From Mobula birostris (lineage: Eukaryota), in contig NC_092380.1 of NCBI RefSeq assembly GCF_030028105.1, forward strand, positions 27,305,144 through 27,369,143: a DNA stretch of 64,000 nucleotides, written 5' to 3'. Under the pieces are notes generated by a model. It was not told the origin of the DNA and searched no databases. It saw nothing but the letters and a program-made list of their open reading frames with translations. Below, piece by piece: positions 12,921-24,251 of the stretch. Position 1 is the stretch's first letter. Every line of letters begins with the position of its first letter. Position numbers and translations under genes: made by a program.

Positions 12921-14004
12921 CTTGATCTAACATGCATGGCCCTAATTACTACGCCTCTGTAGTAACTCCATGAACTCTTTGCACAGCATGGACCAATTGT
13001 GTTCTTTCTTACAAAAAAAAACTGTTCATAATTTATGTTTATGTCATTTCTTGTGAATACTGCTGATCAGATATTGTGCCTGTGATACTTAAGGTAAGAT
13101 GGACTCCTGCCCTCAGAACTTACCTTGTCGTGTCCTTGCACCTTATTACCTGCCTGAAATGGACCTTCTTGGCATTGCTTTACCCTGTACTACTGATGTG
13201 AGGAATGTTCCCTATGGATAACCTACCAAACAAGTTTTTACTGTGCCTTGGAAAAAGCGATTAATACACTAATTTACCAATGGTTGTGTGATATTTATAC
13301 GGAACCCAACTATACTTTAATTAGCTCTTAAAATTAACCACCATATTTATAGAGACCAGTAGTAGCTACAAAGTTTAAAGTCCAAAATAAAATTTATTAT
13401 CAGAGTACATACGCATCACCACATTTTTTTTTCCTGCAGGCATACTTAGCAAATCTATAGAAGAGTAACTACAAACTGTAAACATCAGAAACTATAAACT
13501 GTAAACAAACTGTGCAAATGCAGATATAACAAATAACAATAAATAATGAGCATGAAATAACAAGATAAAATAGTCCTTAAATGAGTGAACTTATCCTCTT
13601 TTGTTCAAGAGCCTGGTGGTTGAAGGGTAGTAACTGTTCTTGAACCTGGTGGTGTGAGTCCTGAGGCACCTGTACCTTCTACCTGATGGCAGCAGCGAGA
13701 AAAGAGCATGGCCTGGGTGGTGAGGATCTTTGGTGCTTTTCTACAGCAACATTTCATATAGATGTGCTCAGTGGTTGGGATGGTTTTCCCGTGATGTGCC
13801 TTCAGTCTGTACATAAGTACATGTTTAATCAGACAATAGATGTGATCTGTCCATGAGACATTCTGGGATGCCTGGCCACATGTACAGAGACCATAGAATG
13901 TCATGGTCAGGTGGATGAGACAAAGGTCAGTATGAACCAGAATCCACATTCTCACCTGGAGAGATACAGCCAACACAAAAAGGTAAATTGAAGATGTGTA
14001 TCAG

Positions 14005-14530
14005 TGTTAAGGATCTGGCCTGAATACTGGGTCGAAGGGCCTCTGCTGGTAGCTCTGCATCACGACAGTCTTTAATTTCTGTTTTCTTTCACCTGGTCAT
14101 GTGGGTTCTGGCCCAGTCCCTTTCCTTTTTGGACTTCCTCCAATTACCTGCTTGTCTCCTCATTTTGCACACACCTGTTTCTAATTTTCACTCATTACCC
14201 TGTCTATTTAAACCCTGCCTTGACTAGCATTCTCTGCCAGTTCGTCCCAGTTCTGACCTGTGTCATTCTAGCCCATCATTGTGACTTCTGCCAACCGATT
14301 TTGCCTGATTCTGTGTTTTGGACTTTGCCTGTTCTTGGACCTGATTTTTGCCTGTACGCTCTGGATTGTCTGCCCTCGCCTGACTGCCTTTCCTGGTTAA
14401 GGCCTCGGCCTGTCACTTCCAATTCGTGCCTGCCTTCTGTTTTTGAAAGATTGTTGCCTTTGTGCTCCCTAATAAATCCTGGTGAGAAAGTATTCATTGG
14501 TCTGCACTTGAGTCCCACCAAAACCTGACA
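14005..14530 (+). repeat. 5' LTR (526 bp)
   Basis: TGTTAAG...CCTGACA. TATA-like TATTTAAA at 14205-14212, AATAAA at 14471-14476. About 40 substitutions and 2 indels versus the 3' LTR by manual count (about 92% identity). Confidence 0.95.
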
Positions 14531-14542
14531 GAACGAACTGGC
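14531..14542 (+). promoter_or_regulatory. Self-priming primer binding site
   Basis: ACGAACTGGC (14533-14542) is the exact reverse complement of LTR 14236-14245 GCCAGTTCGT. The site does not begin with TGG as a tRNA-type PBS would. Confidence 0.8.
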
Positions 14543-14546
14543 CAAG

Positions 14547-15515
14547 ATGGACTCAGCAGACCCCAACCAGATGGGTGAGGCCCTCTCCCGACAGGGCGTG
14601 TTGTTAGGGAGACATGAAACGCAGTTCGCCGCTATCAACCAGTCGATGGAAGCCTTCTCTGCCACTCTGACCAGCATACCCTCCCAGCTACAGCAGATTC
14701 AGCTGGCGCTGAGCTCTGACCCGCCTTCTCTTGCTGTGCCAACAGCCCCACAGACTCCAACCCAACCAGCCCGAGAGCCCCGTTTACCTCCACCTGAACT
14801 GTACAATGGTGAACCAGGCACCTGCAGACCCTTCCTGTCTCAATGCTCGCTGATTTTCAAGCTGCAGCCCACTACCGTTCCCACTGATCGATCCCGTATT
14901 GCTTATGTTATCATGCTGCTGTCAGGAAGAGCAAGAGAGTGGGGTACAGCCGTGTGGGACAGCAGAGCTCCTTTTTGCCATGAGGAGATGAGAAGAGTCT
15001 TTGACCGTTCGCAGCAGGGGCGAGAGGCAGCAAGGGAGGTGTTGCGAGTTCGTCAGGGTAACTGTTCTGTTTCGGACTACGCCATTCAGTTCCGCACACT
15101 AGCCGCCACTACCAACTGGAATTCGGCGGCCCAATCTGACGCGTTCCTCTATGGGCTTAGCGAAGAGGTTAAGGATGAACTAGCCACCTGCGACCTGCCT
15201 GCTGGCTTCCAAGAGCTGGTCGATTTGGCCATTAAGATTGACAGCCGCATAAAACAGCGTCAGCAGGAGCGTGATTTGCGGGGGTCACGAAGAACCACCA
15301 GGGGGCGTCTGACCTCTTCCCAGCCAGCACCCAGATCTCCTTCCCCGAGTCCTCAGTCACCCCCATCCAGCCCAACAGATCTCATGTAGATTGATCGTAC
15401 CCATCTGTTTCCTTCGGAAAGAAGGGGGAGAGTCAGTACCAACTCCTGTCTGTATTGTGGTCAGGCCAGTCACTATGTATCTACCTGTCCTGTAAAAGCC
15501 AACGCTCGCTCGTAA
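14547..15515 (+). pseudogene. Gag (Sushi/PEG10-like capsid plus CCHC zinc knuckle) with an internal TAG at 15387
   Basis: PRLPPPELYNGEPGTCRPFLSQC...LLSGRAREW...QGNCSVSDYAIQF. The same frame continues past the stop to CLYCGQASHYVSTC and ends at TAA 15513-15515. Confidence 0.9.
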
Positions 15516-18500
15516 AGAGGGGACTACGGGCGAGCGGTACTTCCTTCCCCCAGTTCCCCGTCACTCGAACCCTGCTACCAGCTTTTATACTGGCTGAATG
15601 GAGGAGACGCACCGTTTCAGTTTTCATCAACTCTGGAGCTGAGGGAAACTTTATCAGTTCCAGTTTCGCAGCCAATCTCGGGATGCCACTCTCCCATCTG
15701 AAGCAACCCCTGGAGGCCAGAGGCTTAACCAGAGTGAAACTTGCCATAGTTACCCACTCTACAGCTCCAGTGAGTCTCCTCATTTCTGGCAATCACCAGG
15801 AGAGCATTGCTTTCCATGTAATAGATTCCCCCAAAGCTGACATTGTGTTAGGCCACCCATGGCTAGCTCAGCACGGTCCACACATTGATTGGTCTAACAA
15901 CAGAGTGTTAAGCTGGAGTCCTTTCTGCCGAAGTCATTGTCTGCATGTTGCTCATGCTACTCAAAGTCCGGTTCCTCTGCCTACAGAAGAGTTTCCCAAT
16001 CTGTCCTCTGTACCCCCGGAATATCTGGACCTAAAGCTGGTATTCAGCAATCACCTCACCCCCACATCACCCCTATGACTGCGCTATAGATCTCCTTCCG
16101 GAAACCTCGCCACATAGTCTGTATTCCCTGTCTCCACTTGAAAGGGAAGCGATGGACGAGTATATCCAGGAGGCCTTGGCTGCAGGAATTATCCATCCCT
16201 CTTCCTCCCCAGTAGGTGCAGGGTTCTTCTTTGTAGCCAAGAAGGACGGGTCCCTGCATCTGTGCGTGGACTATAGAGGTCTCAATGAGGTCACTGTTAA
16301 GAACCGCTATCCTCCTCCTCTTATGTCATCTGAATTTGAATTGCTCCAGGGTGCTTCTATCTTCTCCAAGCGCGACCTCTGCAATGCTTACCATCTGGTC
16401 CGCATAAGAGATGGGGATGAGTGGAAGACCGCGTTCAATACGCCATCTGGGCACTACGAATATTTGGTAATGCCTTTCGGACTTTCTAATGGTCCTGCTG
16501 TGTTCCAGTCCCTGGTGAATGACGTCCTCAGAGACATGCTGAATCAATTTGTATTCGTGCACTTAGATGATATTCTGATATTTTCTAGGTCCCTCTCTGA
16601 ACACATCCAACACGTCCGTCGGGTGCTCCAACGACTCCTGGAGAATCAGTTATTGGTGAAGGTGGAAAAGTGTGAATTTCACCAGAGTTCAACTTCGTTT
16701 CTGGGATATGTGATCAGCGCTGGAGGAATCCAGGTGGACCCTCAGAAGATCAAGGCAGTAGAGAAGTGGCCACAACCTGCCTCTCGACGAGATGTCCAAC
16801 GCTTTCTTGGGTTTGCCAACTTCTATTGCCGATTCATTCGAAATTTCAGCATCCTGGCCGCCCTGTTGACTGCTCTAACCTCCTCCAAGTCGAAGTTCGC
16901 CTGGAATCCAGCGGCTGAGAAAGCCTTTTCTGATCTAAAGACTCGTTCCACGGCACCTGTCCTCCTTCAGCCCGATCCTACAAGGCAGTTTATTGTAGAG
17001 ACTGACGCCTCTGATGTAGGAGTAGGGGCTGTACTGTCACAGCGTTCAGCACAGGACGGCAAGCTACACCCGTGCACCTTTTTCCCCACAAATTTTCACC
17101 CGCAGAACACAACTATGCCAATGGCAATCGAGAATTATTGGCTGTTAAACTTGCTCCTGAGGAATGGCAGCATTGGCTGGAGGGAACGACTACTCCTTTT
17201 CTAGTCTGGAGGGATCACAAGAACCTGGTATATATCCATTCAGCCAAACACCTCAACTCCCGCCAGGCTCGGTGGTCCCTGCTTTTTGCCCATTTTAGAT
17301 TCACCCTGGCCTACCGTCCTGGCTCTAAGAACGGCAAGCCTGACGCGCTCTCCAGGCAGTTTCCAACAACCAACGAGGCACCCGAGGTTACGACCATTCT
17401 CCCCAGGCAATATCTGGTCGCCGCAGCACAGTGGGAGATTGAATCTGTGGTCCAGTCTGCCCAGCAGGGTGAGTCTGTTCCTAGTGCCTGCCCTACTAAT
17501 CTATTGTATGTTTCCCAGTCTGTCCGCTCCCAGGTTCTCCAGTGGGGACACACCTCCAGACTGGCATGTCACCCTGGCATCAGAGGCACGACGGCCTTCA
17601 TCAGTCGAAGATTTTGGTGGCCATCCCTGAGGAAGGATGTTGAGAGCTTCATTTCTGCCTGCCCAGTCTGTGCACAGAACAAGACCTCCAGCCAGCCACC
17701 AACTGGTCTCCTGCAAGCCCTGCCTGTTCCTAGAAGGCCCTGGTCACACATTGCACTGGACTTTGTCACTGGACTCCCTCCGTCCGACGGTAACACTACC
17801 GCTCTTACCATAGTGGATCGTTTCTCCAAATCGGTCCACTTAGTTCCCCTTCCCAAGCTGCCCTCTGCCAAGGAGGCTGCCAACCTGGTGATTCAGCATG
17901 TTTTCCGTATTCACGGTCTCCCCGTTGAAGTGGTATCTGATAAAGGTTCGCAATTTACCTCCCACTTTCGGAGGGCCTTTTGCAAACTACTCAGGATCAG
18001 GGTTAACCTCTCATCTGGGTTTCATCCACAGAGTAATGGCCAGACCGAGCGGGCTAATCAGCAGATGGAGGTGATGCTCCATTGTGTGACGTCTCAGGAA
18101 TCTTCCTCTTGGAGGCAGCAACTTCCCTGGGTCGAGTACGCCATTAATTCTTTGCCTTCTGCTTCATCAAGTTTATCTCCATTCTAGTGCTGTCTTGGCT
18201 AACAACCCCCCTTATTCACGTCTCAGGAGGAGGTGAGCGTTCCCTCAGCTGAAGCGTTTGTCCAGAGGTGTTCACGGACCTGGAGTCGAGCCCGAAAGGC
18301 GCTGCTTCAATTTACAGCCAGAATGAAGCAGCAAGCAGACCGTCACCGCATCGAGGCCCCCCATCATCGCCAGGGTCAGAAGGTGTGGTTATCTTCGCAT
18401 GATATCCCCTTGAAGGTGGACTCCCGCAAGCTGGTGCCACACTACGTTGGACCTTTCCCCATCACCAAAGTGATCAGCCCTTCGGTGGTGCATCTAAAAC

Positions 18501-18810
18501 TACCCCCACCTTTCGCAGAATCCATCCTACATTCCATGTTTCAAGGATTAAGCCCTTTGTCTGCAGCCCCCTCTGTCTCACCCCCAAGCCCCCTCCCCAT
18601 CTCATGGATGGCTCAGAGACCTTCACTGTGCGCCAATTACTGGACGTTCAACGCGGAGGTCGTGGACTGCAATACCTCGTTGATTGGGAGGGCCATGGCC
18701 CCGAAGAGAGGTGTTGGGTTGCCGTTCGAGATACCCTGGATCCCTCTCTCATTAAGGACTTTCATAGGAGCCATCCCGTACCAGCAAGTAGGGCGTCTGG
18801 AGACGCCCGT
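15490..18810 (+). pseudogene. Pol: protease, RT, RNase H, integrase, chromodomain (frameshifted)
   Basis: FINSGAEGNFI (catalytic D replaced by N), [66 protein letters not shown] module, chromodomain FTVRQLLD...[16 protein letters not shown] (18604-18843). Confidence 0.92.
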
Positions 18811-18824
18811 GGGGGGAGGGGTAC

Positions 18825-19348
18825 TGTTAAGGATCCGGCCTGAATACTGGGTCAAAGGGCCTCTGCTCATAGCTCTGCATCACAACAGTCTTTAATTTCT
18901 GTTTTCTTTCACGAGGCCATGTAGGTTCTGGCCCAGCCCCTTTCCTTTTTGGACTTCCTCCAATTACCTGCTTGTCTCCTCATTTGCACCAACCTGTTTC
19001 TAATTTTCACTTATTACCCTGTCCATTTAAACCCCACCTTGACTAGCACTCTCTGCCAGTTCATCCCAGTTCTGACCTGTGTGGTTCCAGCCTGTCATTG
19101 CGAATTCTGCCAACCGATTTTGCCTGATTCTGTGTTTTGGATTTTGCCCGTTCTTGGACCTGATTTTTGCCTGTGTGCTCTAGATTGTCTGCCCTCGCCT
19201 GAATGCCTTTCCTGGTTAAGACCTCTGCCTGCCATTTCGGATTCATGTCTGCCTTCTGTTTTTGAAAGATTGTGCCTTTGTGCTCCCTAATAAATCCTGG
19301 TGAAAAAGTATTCATTGGTCTGCACTTGAGTCCCACCAAAACCTGACA
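18825..19348 (+). repeat. 3' LTR (524 bp)
   Basis: Direct repeat of 14005-14530, preceded by PPT GGGGGGAGGGG plus TAC. Confidence 0.95.
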
Positions 19349-20689
19349 CTCAGATGGCCCATGGAAGCAGACAAGTTATGAATGGACCAGGCATTAAGGA
19401 TTCAATGCATTTGTGAATGAAGATATCTTGTAATATTGCAAAACTAAAGCAGATGATAGGCACAGAACTAGGGTGGAGAGGTGATCACTGAAAAGTGACA
19501 CCAGACTCACCGAAAATGGTTATAGATATATGTAATGCCCAATCACTCACCTGCCACACTTTATGGTATCTAGATTATGTAAAACAGATGCTGCATGCAT
19601 TCGGATTCACCCAGTGACATTCCCATTTAATTTCTCTGAATGCATGCTTATTATTAAGAATGAATAAAGACTTCTCCCAACATTAAGTGGCTCTTCATCC
19701 ACAACACCCAAGATTTCCAAAGGTTATCTATCGATCCAATCAGGAAATAGTCCCCACATAATCAGAAGCAGCCTCCATCCAATCAGAACATACACCAATC
19801 AGGAATTGGTTCCATCCAATCAGACACTACACTCATTCAACCAGAAACAATCATCATTGAATCGGGAAGGTTATCCATCAAATCAGAAACCCCGTCCAAT
19901 TAGTGATCATACTCCACCAATATAAGAATTATTTCCCATCTTCCATTGTTCTACCTTATCAATTATTTTGCCATGCCCCCAAATTTGGAATATTTGGGGT
20001 TTAATCCTGTCTCCACTTGTCAGGTCTCAGTGGGAGTTAACCAATGGACATGCTCATGAGCCTGGTGTTGTCGGCTGTACTCATCCAGGCAAGTCGAGAG
20101 GCTTTTGTCTCTGTCCTCATTTGTGTCTTGGATTCTGGTTTATGAGGAGGCAAGACCATCTCTGCAAGTTTTCTAGCCTCTGAATGCTGTATGAGAGAGT
20201 GAGTTAGTTGTTAGTGACACTCCCTGACTTGGTAATGGTTTGCCACTGAATGTCAGTGGTAAATGATCAGACTTTCTGGTTGGAACTGGCCATTGCCAGG
20301 AACTGGTGTGATGCAATGTCAGAGTTGAGGAATTGTGGATGGAACTGAGCATTATGCTGTCATCAGACACTATCAGTATGTGATTTGAGCAAGAATATGT
20401 TCTTCAACTGTGACCTCAACAGTGAGTGATTTCATTCAAATTCCAGATCACCATGGAGACAAAGACCTAGCTGTAATGAATCAGAAGATATTGTTGTCTC
20501 TTCATAAACTGTTGTGATAGTTGCTGGACAAAGTATTTCTCACTGCAAACTGGAATTTTCATGGACCTGAGGTCTCTGTCACTTTAGCGAGCTTGAGGTG
20601 AGATAAAGTGTGAAATGGATCAAACTTATGGGGTTATTGCTGCTGACTCTGAACTTTAACCTCAGGCCCAACAAAAGGCACAGTTCACA

Positions 20690-20870
20690 AACACAAAATA
20701 ATCTGCAGATGCTGTGATCAAAGCAATACTTTCAGTACGCTGGATGAACTCAGCAGGTCGGGCAGCATCAGTTAGAAATGATGAGTCAACGTTTTGGGCC
20801 GGAACCCTTCATCAGGACTGAAGAATGAAAGATGGGGAAGGATTTGAAGAATGCTTGTAGCTTCAGTTCA
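20690..20870 (-). mobile_element. Penelope pLTR fragment with a degenerate hammerhead (20784-20819)
   Basis: Minus strand AGTC-CTGATGA-AGGGTTCCGGCCC-AAAA-CGTT-GACT followed by GATGCTGCCCGACCTGCTGAGTTCATCCAGC. Confidence 0.7.
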
Positions 20871-21745
20871 GCAAAGGTCTCATTCATTCATAGTCAGTGT
20901 GTGGAAGGTTGAGCCTTTATGTTCCCAAAGACAAAGAGGAGGAAAGCTTTGGTACACAAGGCAATGTGATGGGTGACTTTTTATGAAGTGCACACACCCG
21001 GCTCTGATGTCTGATGACAGCACAGTGCCCAGATCCATCATGAAGTCTGAGAGAAAATGGGTAATGGGAAAAGGAAGTTCTGGGGTTGGAGCAGCCAAGT
21101 ACAAGTGATATGCAGTCACTGTGGACTGTGCCTTTGTTACTTCCTGCTTTCTATGTCCTGTAAACCTGAGGTCATCTGAAACTCTGCTACCAGTGTTCTT
21201 ACTGCAGCCAGCTGCATTCACCTATCACCCTATCCTCTGACCTACACTGAAGCACAACTCAGATTAGAATTTCACCACTTTGTGATTTTCACCATGCCTT
21301 CATCCTCTCTCCTCTTCCCACCCACACCCAACCCCGCACTATAAAACCTCAGACACTTCCAGTTCCAACATCATTTCCCCTGATAGTGATTTCTCCACCA
21401 TCAACAGACTGGGACTAAAGCTCTGGAACATCCCCTTTCCTTCCCCACTCTAAACTAGTGTCTGAGTGTCTTTTTCTTCATTTAAAATGAGTAAACATTT
21501 AATGTTTTCCCATCAGAATCTGCTTGTATAGTAAGGCTTAAATTCTCTTCATTTGATAACATCCCCAAAGCTAAGTGTTCAAATTGTTGGTAGTTATTTC
21601 TCCAAATTGTTGCAACTCGATAAAACTCTGGTCAGATGACTCTTGGAGCATTATGGTCAGTTCCAGTTGTGGAAGATTTGGAGAGGGTGCAGAGGAGATT
21701 TACCAGGATACTGCCTGGACTAGAGAGCATGCCTTATGAGGATAG

Positions 21746-22207
21746 TGTTATGTACCATTCAGCTAGGTCTTCTAATATACAGAAACAAACTACAACAAAT
21801 TCAGATTGGGCCAATTTATAGATGCATTTATTCACTTGCAAGGGAAGCTACTACACATACGTTACACCTGGAAATAGCTTACACCTTATACTTATAGCTT
21901 AAAACAAACCACTTTTATACTTTTTACAGAGAACAATACTTAATTCTATTCCATAACATTCCTCTGTTATCTGCATCTTTATCTGGTCATGACATTTGTT
22001 CTTTAGAAGCTGTGGCCTATTGATCTCTGTTGTCAAAACGATCCCCCCAACATAAAACACATATCTCCTGTCATAAAACACACATGGCTTCCTATAAGCC
22101 TCCATCCAAACGAACAAAGCACTCTGGGATTTCATAGGTTCCATTTTGTTACATTGCATTTTTAAAAAGTTACAAATTCATAAAGGCTGCAGGATTATAT
22201 TTCCACA
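21746..22207 (-). mobile_element. Solo LTR (462 bp) interrupting a CR1 fragment
   Basis: TG...CA termini, 4-bp TSD ATAG (21742-21745, 22208-22211). CR1 sequence resumes across it. AATAAA on the minus strand. Confidence 0.8.
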
Positions 22208-23020
22208 ATAGATTAAGTGAGTTAAGGCTTCTCTGTTTGGAGTAAGGAGGACGAGAGGAGACTTGATAGAGGTGTATAAGATGATAAGAAGCATAGATAG
22301 TGGACATCCAGCACTCTTCTTCCAGGGTGACAATGGCTAATACCAGAGGATATCCTTTTAAGGTGAGTGGAGAAAAGTTTAGTGGAGAAGTCAAAGGTAG
22401 TTTTTTTTTAACACAGAGTATGGTAAGTGTCTAGAATGCATTGTAGAGACAGGTATATTTAAGAGACAGTTAGAGAGGCACTTGGATGTAGAAAAATTAA
22501 GGTCTGGGCTGCGGAGGAGGGAATGGTTAGATTGATTCTGGAGGAGTTTTATGTAGTCTCAGCATAATTATATGGGCTAAAGAGGCTGTACTGTGCTGTA
22601 CTATGTTCTAAGTTCAATCATCAGTGGTATTTAGTTTTCTAGAATCCAACTGAAAATGACATTGGAAGAATTGTTGGAAGGATATGGGAATGGTTGAGGA
22701 TACAACTAAGAATGCAGGAAAATAGAAGCTGAAGGAGGCCATTTGGCTTCTAATGTTGGTCTGTAGGGTGTGGGTGAAGGGAGGAATGGTTGCATTCAAC
22801 CTGACACCCAAAAAAAGGCAGAACAGTATCAACAAACTATGCATTTGTATAAGACCCTTTAATCTATCAAGATCATCCAAATATGAGAACATCACTGAGC
22901 AAAGACTGATGTGACCCAGAGTTAGTGACAGTGTTAGGTGTTGAGATGGGACCTTAAGAGGTTTAATGTCATTTCTTTCTCCTCAGTAACTGCTCTTTGT
23001 GTGTTGATATAGAGGCAGCA

Positions 23021-23222
23021 ATGGACCTACTGCAGCCATACCTGGAGCTGCTCATCTCCTTTTATCTGCCAATGATAATCTTTGACAAGGAGATCACTGA
23101 CACTTTACATTGGATGATTGGGATCTCCTCCTGTGGGATCAGGCAGATGTACACCATGACGGCCAACAAAATTGAAGTTCCCCGGCGACAAGTTCATGGA
23201 TCAACTGCCTGCAGGTTTAAAG
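23021..23222 (+). CDS. Unknown TM/coiled-coil gene, coding exon 1 (acceptor at 23012, putative ATG 23021)
   Basis: Pyrimidine-rich tract ending in TAG at 23012. Kozak GCAGCAATGG. Open frame MDLLQPYLELLISFYLPMIIF...ACRFK. Donor AAG|GTGAAG is phase 1, matching the next exon. Confidence 0.7.
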
Positions 23223-23991
23223 GTGAAGGATCAGCATTTTCCCAGAGACTGATGTTTGTAGCAGTTTCTACAGGAATCGTGGAGGACCTGCCCTCAGGTG
23301 CAGGGCTGGGCAGTGTGGATACTCCACCCATTCACTAAAAAGCACAGGTTCCCATTATGCATTGAGAGAACTAATCTTCTAGAAGGTTCTGAATGAGGGC
23401 TGTGGGCTGTCCTGTTGAATGACAATAAGGAAACAAGAGGCCAGGCTACCTGTGGCATTTGTATATCCCAAGAGCAAGCCTTTGTAATTGGGAGGCATAG
23501 GGACATCGTTTATAGAACCACTGCCTGATAGATCCAGAGACCAGGTTCAATCCTACCCTCAGGTGCTGTCTATATGGAGTTTGCATGCTTACCTCCAGTC
23601 ATAAATTCATGGAATCAAATTCCCTTCAGCCCTCCCCCACCGTCTATGCTGACCAAGTAATTATCTCTACTCATTTCATTCACCAGCCCTTCATCTGTTC
23701 CCTTCTACCCATTGAGAGGTTGAGTACTTGCCCAGATATTTCTGAGCTCCTGCGGAAGTCGCTTCCCTCACCATCCCTCCAGAGTTTGCTTCACATATCA
23801 GCATGAGGTGCCTCACCAGCCATTGCCCATTCCACACAGGGATGTGGCAAAGAGATTCAAGGGGAGTTGATGGTCATGTTACAGGGGAAGAAGAGGGTGG
23901 CATAGGTGAATCTTATTGGGAGAAGGTAAGGACCCAATGGGCTGAATGGCCTTCCTCTCTAGTGGCAGTAATTAATTTATTTTCCAAACAG

Positions 23992-24251
23992 ATGTAAAGA
24001 TAAAATCCCAAAGGACCTTAATGAAGCTCATTGAGTCTCCAACCCAAATCCCTTATTTCACGCTCATCCTCGTCTATTGGTTTCTCCTGGTCATCGCTAA
24101 CTTTGTGCCCAAGTGGTTGTACATTCCCTGGGTCCTACACTGCTCACTGGACCAGCTGGTGGTGCTCTTCCGCTGGTCGAGGTGCTACAGAAACTTCCAT
24201 CAAGAGGGTCTACAAGATGTCGACACCTTCCAACAGTCTGGCAACTACCTG
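23992..24251 (+). CDS. Unknown TM/coiled-coil gene, coding exon 2 (hydrophobic segment)
   Basis: TTTTCCAAACAG acceptor, CTG|GTAAGT donor, phase 1 to 0. Encodes ...IPYFTLILVYWFLLVIANFVPKWLYIPWVL... Confidence 0.8.

Larger units (their letters stand above)
14005..19348 (+). mobile_element. Full-length decayed Ty3/Gypsy chromovirus (Tf1/Sushi group) LTR retrotransposon
   Basis: Paired TG...CA LTRs at 14005-14530 and 18825-19348. 5-bp TSD ATCAG/CTCAG. Gag-PR-RT-RH-IN-chromodomain order. PPT at 18811-18821. Several stops and frameshifts. Confidence 0.97.

Noticed and set aside
13860-13985. Possible exon ending AAAAG|GTAAAT just upstream of the LTR element
   Set aside because: No convincing acceptor or recognisable peptide, and it cannot be linked to the downstream gene.
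14547-17204. Domesticated PEG10/RTL1-like host gene
   Set aside because: LTRs, TSD and integrase are retained while the ORFs are broken and catalytic residues are mutated, so it is a decaying TE.
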